Part shown: positions 62,911 through 64,000 of the stretch, piece by piece
How the letters are laid out: every line of letters begins with the position of its first letter
Position numbering within the stretch: position 1 is the stretch's first letter
NCBI GenBank assembly: GCA_030141605.1
Contig: JAQGDQ010000007.1
Coordinates: forward strand, 669,173 to 733,172
Length of the DNA: 64,000 nt
DNA from: Tubiluchus corallicola
Taxonomy: Eukaryota > Animalia > Priapulida
Direction: 5' to 3'
Notes under the pieces: model-generated
Seen by the model: only the letters and a program-made list of their open reading frames with translations
The model's database searches: none
Told to the model about the DNA's origin: nothing
Made by a program: the position numbers and the translations under genes

Positions 62911-63503
62911 CTGAAACACAACAATTCATGATCAAATAAATGTAAAATCAACTTATGTTCGCTTTAAAAATGCTCGAACTACACAATAAGAAAGAAATGA
63001 CGCTTACAACAGTTAGCCTAATGGCTAATTAAATGAAGCCTTATTTGAAAGAGATGCTGAAGAACTGTGAGTCAGCTCGCATAGGATTTGAATGTAGAAC
63101 CTGTTCTTCCACGGCACATTCTCTAGCATATGAGCTACTGACTCAACATGGCAACGCTGGTCTGAAACCTCACCTAGGAGTACACTATCAATCAGAGCCA
63201 GCCACCAATATGCTGCTAGTGACATATCACTATATATTTCACTATAGCTACTAAAATGGTGAAATTTAGCTGCTTTCAATGCAAAGATGTAATTCTCATT
63301 GTAATATAGAAGCATTAAAGAATATATTTGCTTAGTTTTTTTATCGTGAGGCAGCTTTTCAACACGGTCCATATTTCCCCTGACTCTCTTTCAGTTAGTT
63401 TTTTCTTCAAGGTTCACTTTTGCCTTGGCTTTCATGTTACTTGTAGTTAATTTTGTAACAAAATTTAAATCTTAAACGTTGAAGATAAAAGCTACTTCAA
63501 GTA

Positions 63504-64000
63504 CAGTAGGCGCTACTTAATAGACTCACTTTGGGATAGAAGTATTTTGACCCAATAAACTGACTGATTTAATTAGCCGACGGTTTTAGTATATTACTAC
63601 TATACAAGTATGAGTCATCACTCGTCACCTTAGTATGCATTGAAAAGGCTCTAAGTGAATTTTAGAAACGAATTAATGTCAAAATTCCTATGTGCAATTA
63701 TTTAAGACTAATTTCTATAAGTGAAGTAATAATAAAAGAAAATAAAAAATCGCACAAATCTGATTATTACCACTAAAAATTACAAAAATTCATGCAATTT
63801 TGGTTGCTTTTTTTACGAAGAATTTGGTTTATGAAATTCTCATAATGATAAAGACACTGAAAATCTGTTGCTGTATGATGCACATGTTCAGACAAACACA
63901 TAGTCACCTAGTGCCTGAGCTGCAGTTGGTGATTACCATTGGGCAAGTGATTAAATGTTTAGCTTCGAAAAACAATGAGGTTAATGGCAGCGGATAAGCG
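63504..64000 (+). mobile_element. Tigger-like MITE, copy 3 (cadherin intron, cut by the window edge)
   Basis: TA|cagtaggcgctacttaatagactcactttggga start and internal ggcaagtgattaaatgtttagcttc, both matching copy 1. Confidence 0.8.

Overview
AT-rich, intron-rich animal (invertebrate-like) nuclear DNA, not prokaryotic. I assembled the spliced genes by hand using GT-AG boundaries and phase checks. From left to right: FOXRED1 (-, 3' end runs off the window), NTMT1 (+, two coding exons), an intronless N-acetylglutamate synthase (NAGS) lying entirely inside the NTMT1 intron on the SAME strand, RPL35 (-), SIAH/sina (+, six coding exons), MKRN2OS/DUF4796 (-), an intronless DUF1647-type membrane protein (+), and the last exon of a classical cadherin (-). 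Introns and intergenic DNA hold many transposon relics: a Tigger/pogo element with TIRs and TA TSD, a three-copy Tigger-like MITE, a solo LTR with a 5-bp TSD, hAT-type MITEs, a Merlin/ISXO2 transposase fragment, LINE RT fragments, a MetaSINE-like SINE and two tRNA/5S chimeric SINE heads. The most striking feature is the FOXRED1 <-> NTMT1/NAGS locus. A CpG-rich stretch at ~9.0-9.4 kb has splice donors on both strands, which suggests one bidirectional promoter whose + transcript is spliced or polyadenylated into either of two unrelated enzymes. All family assignments come from remembered motifs; no database search was run.
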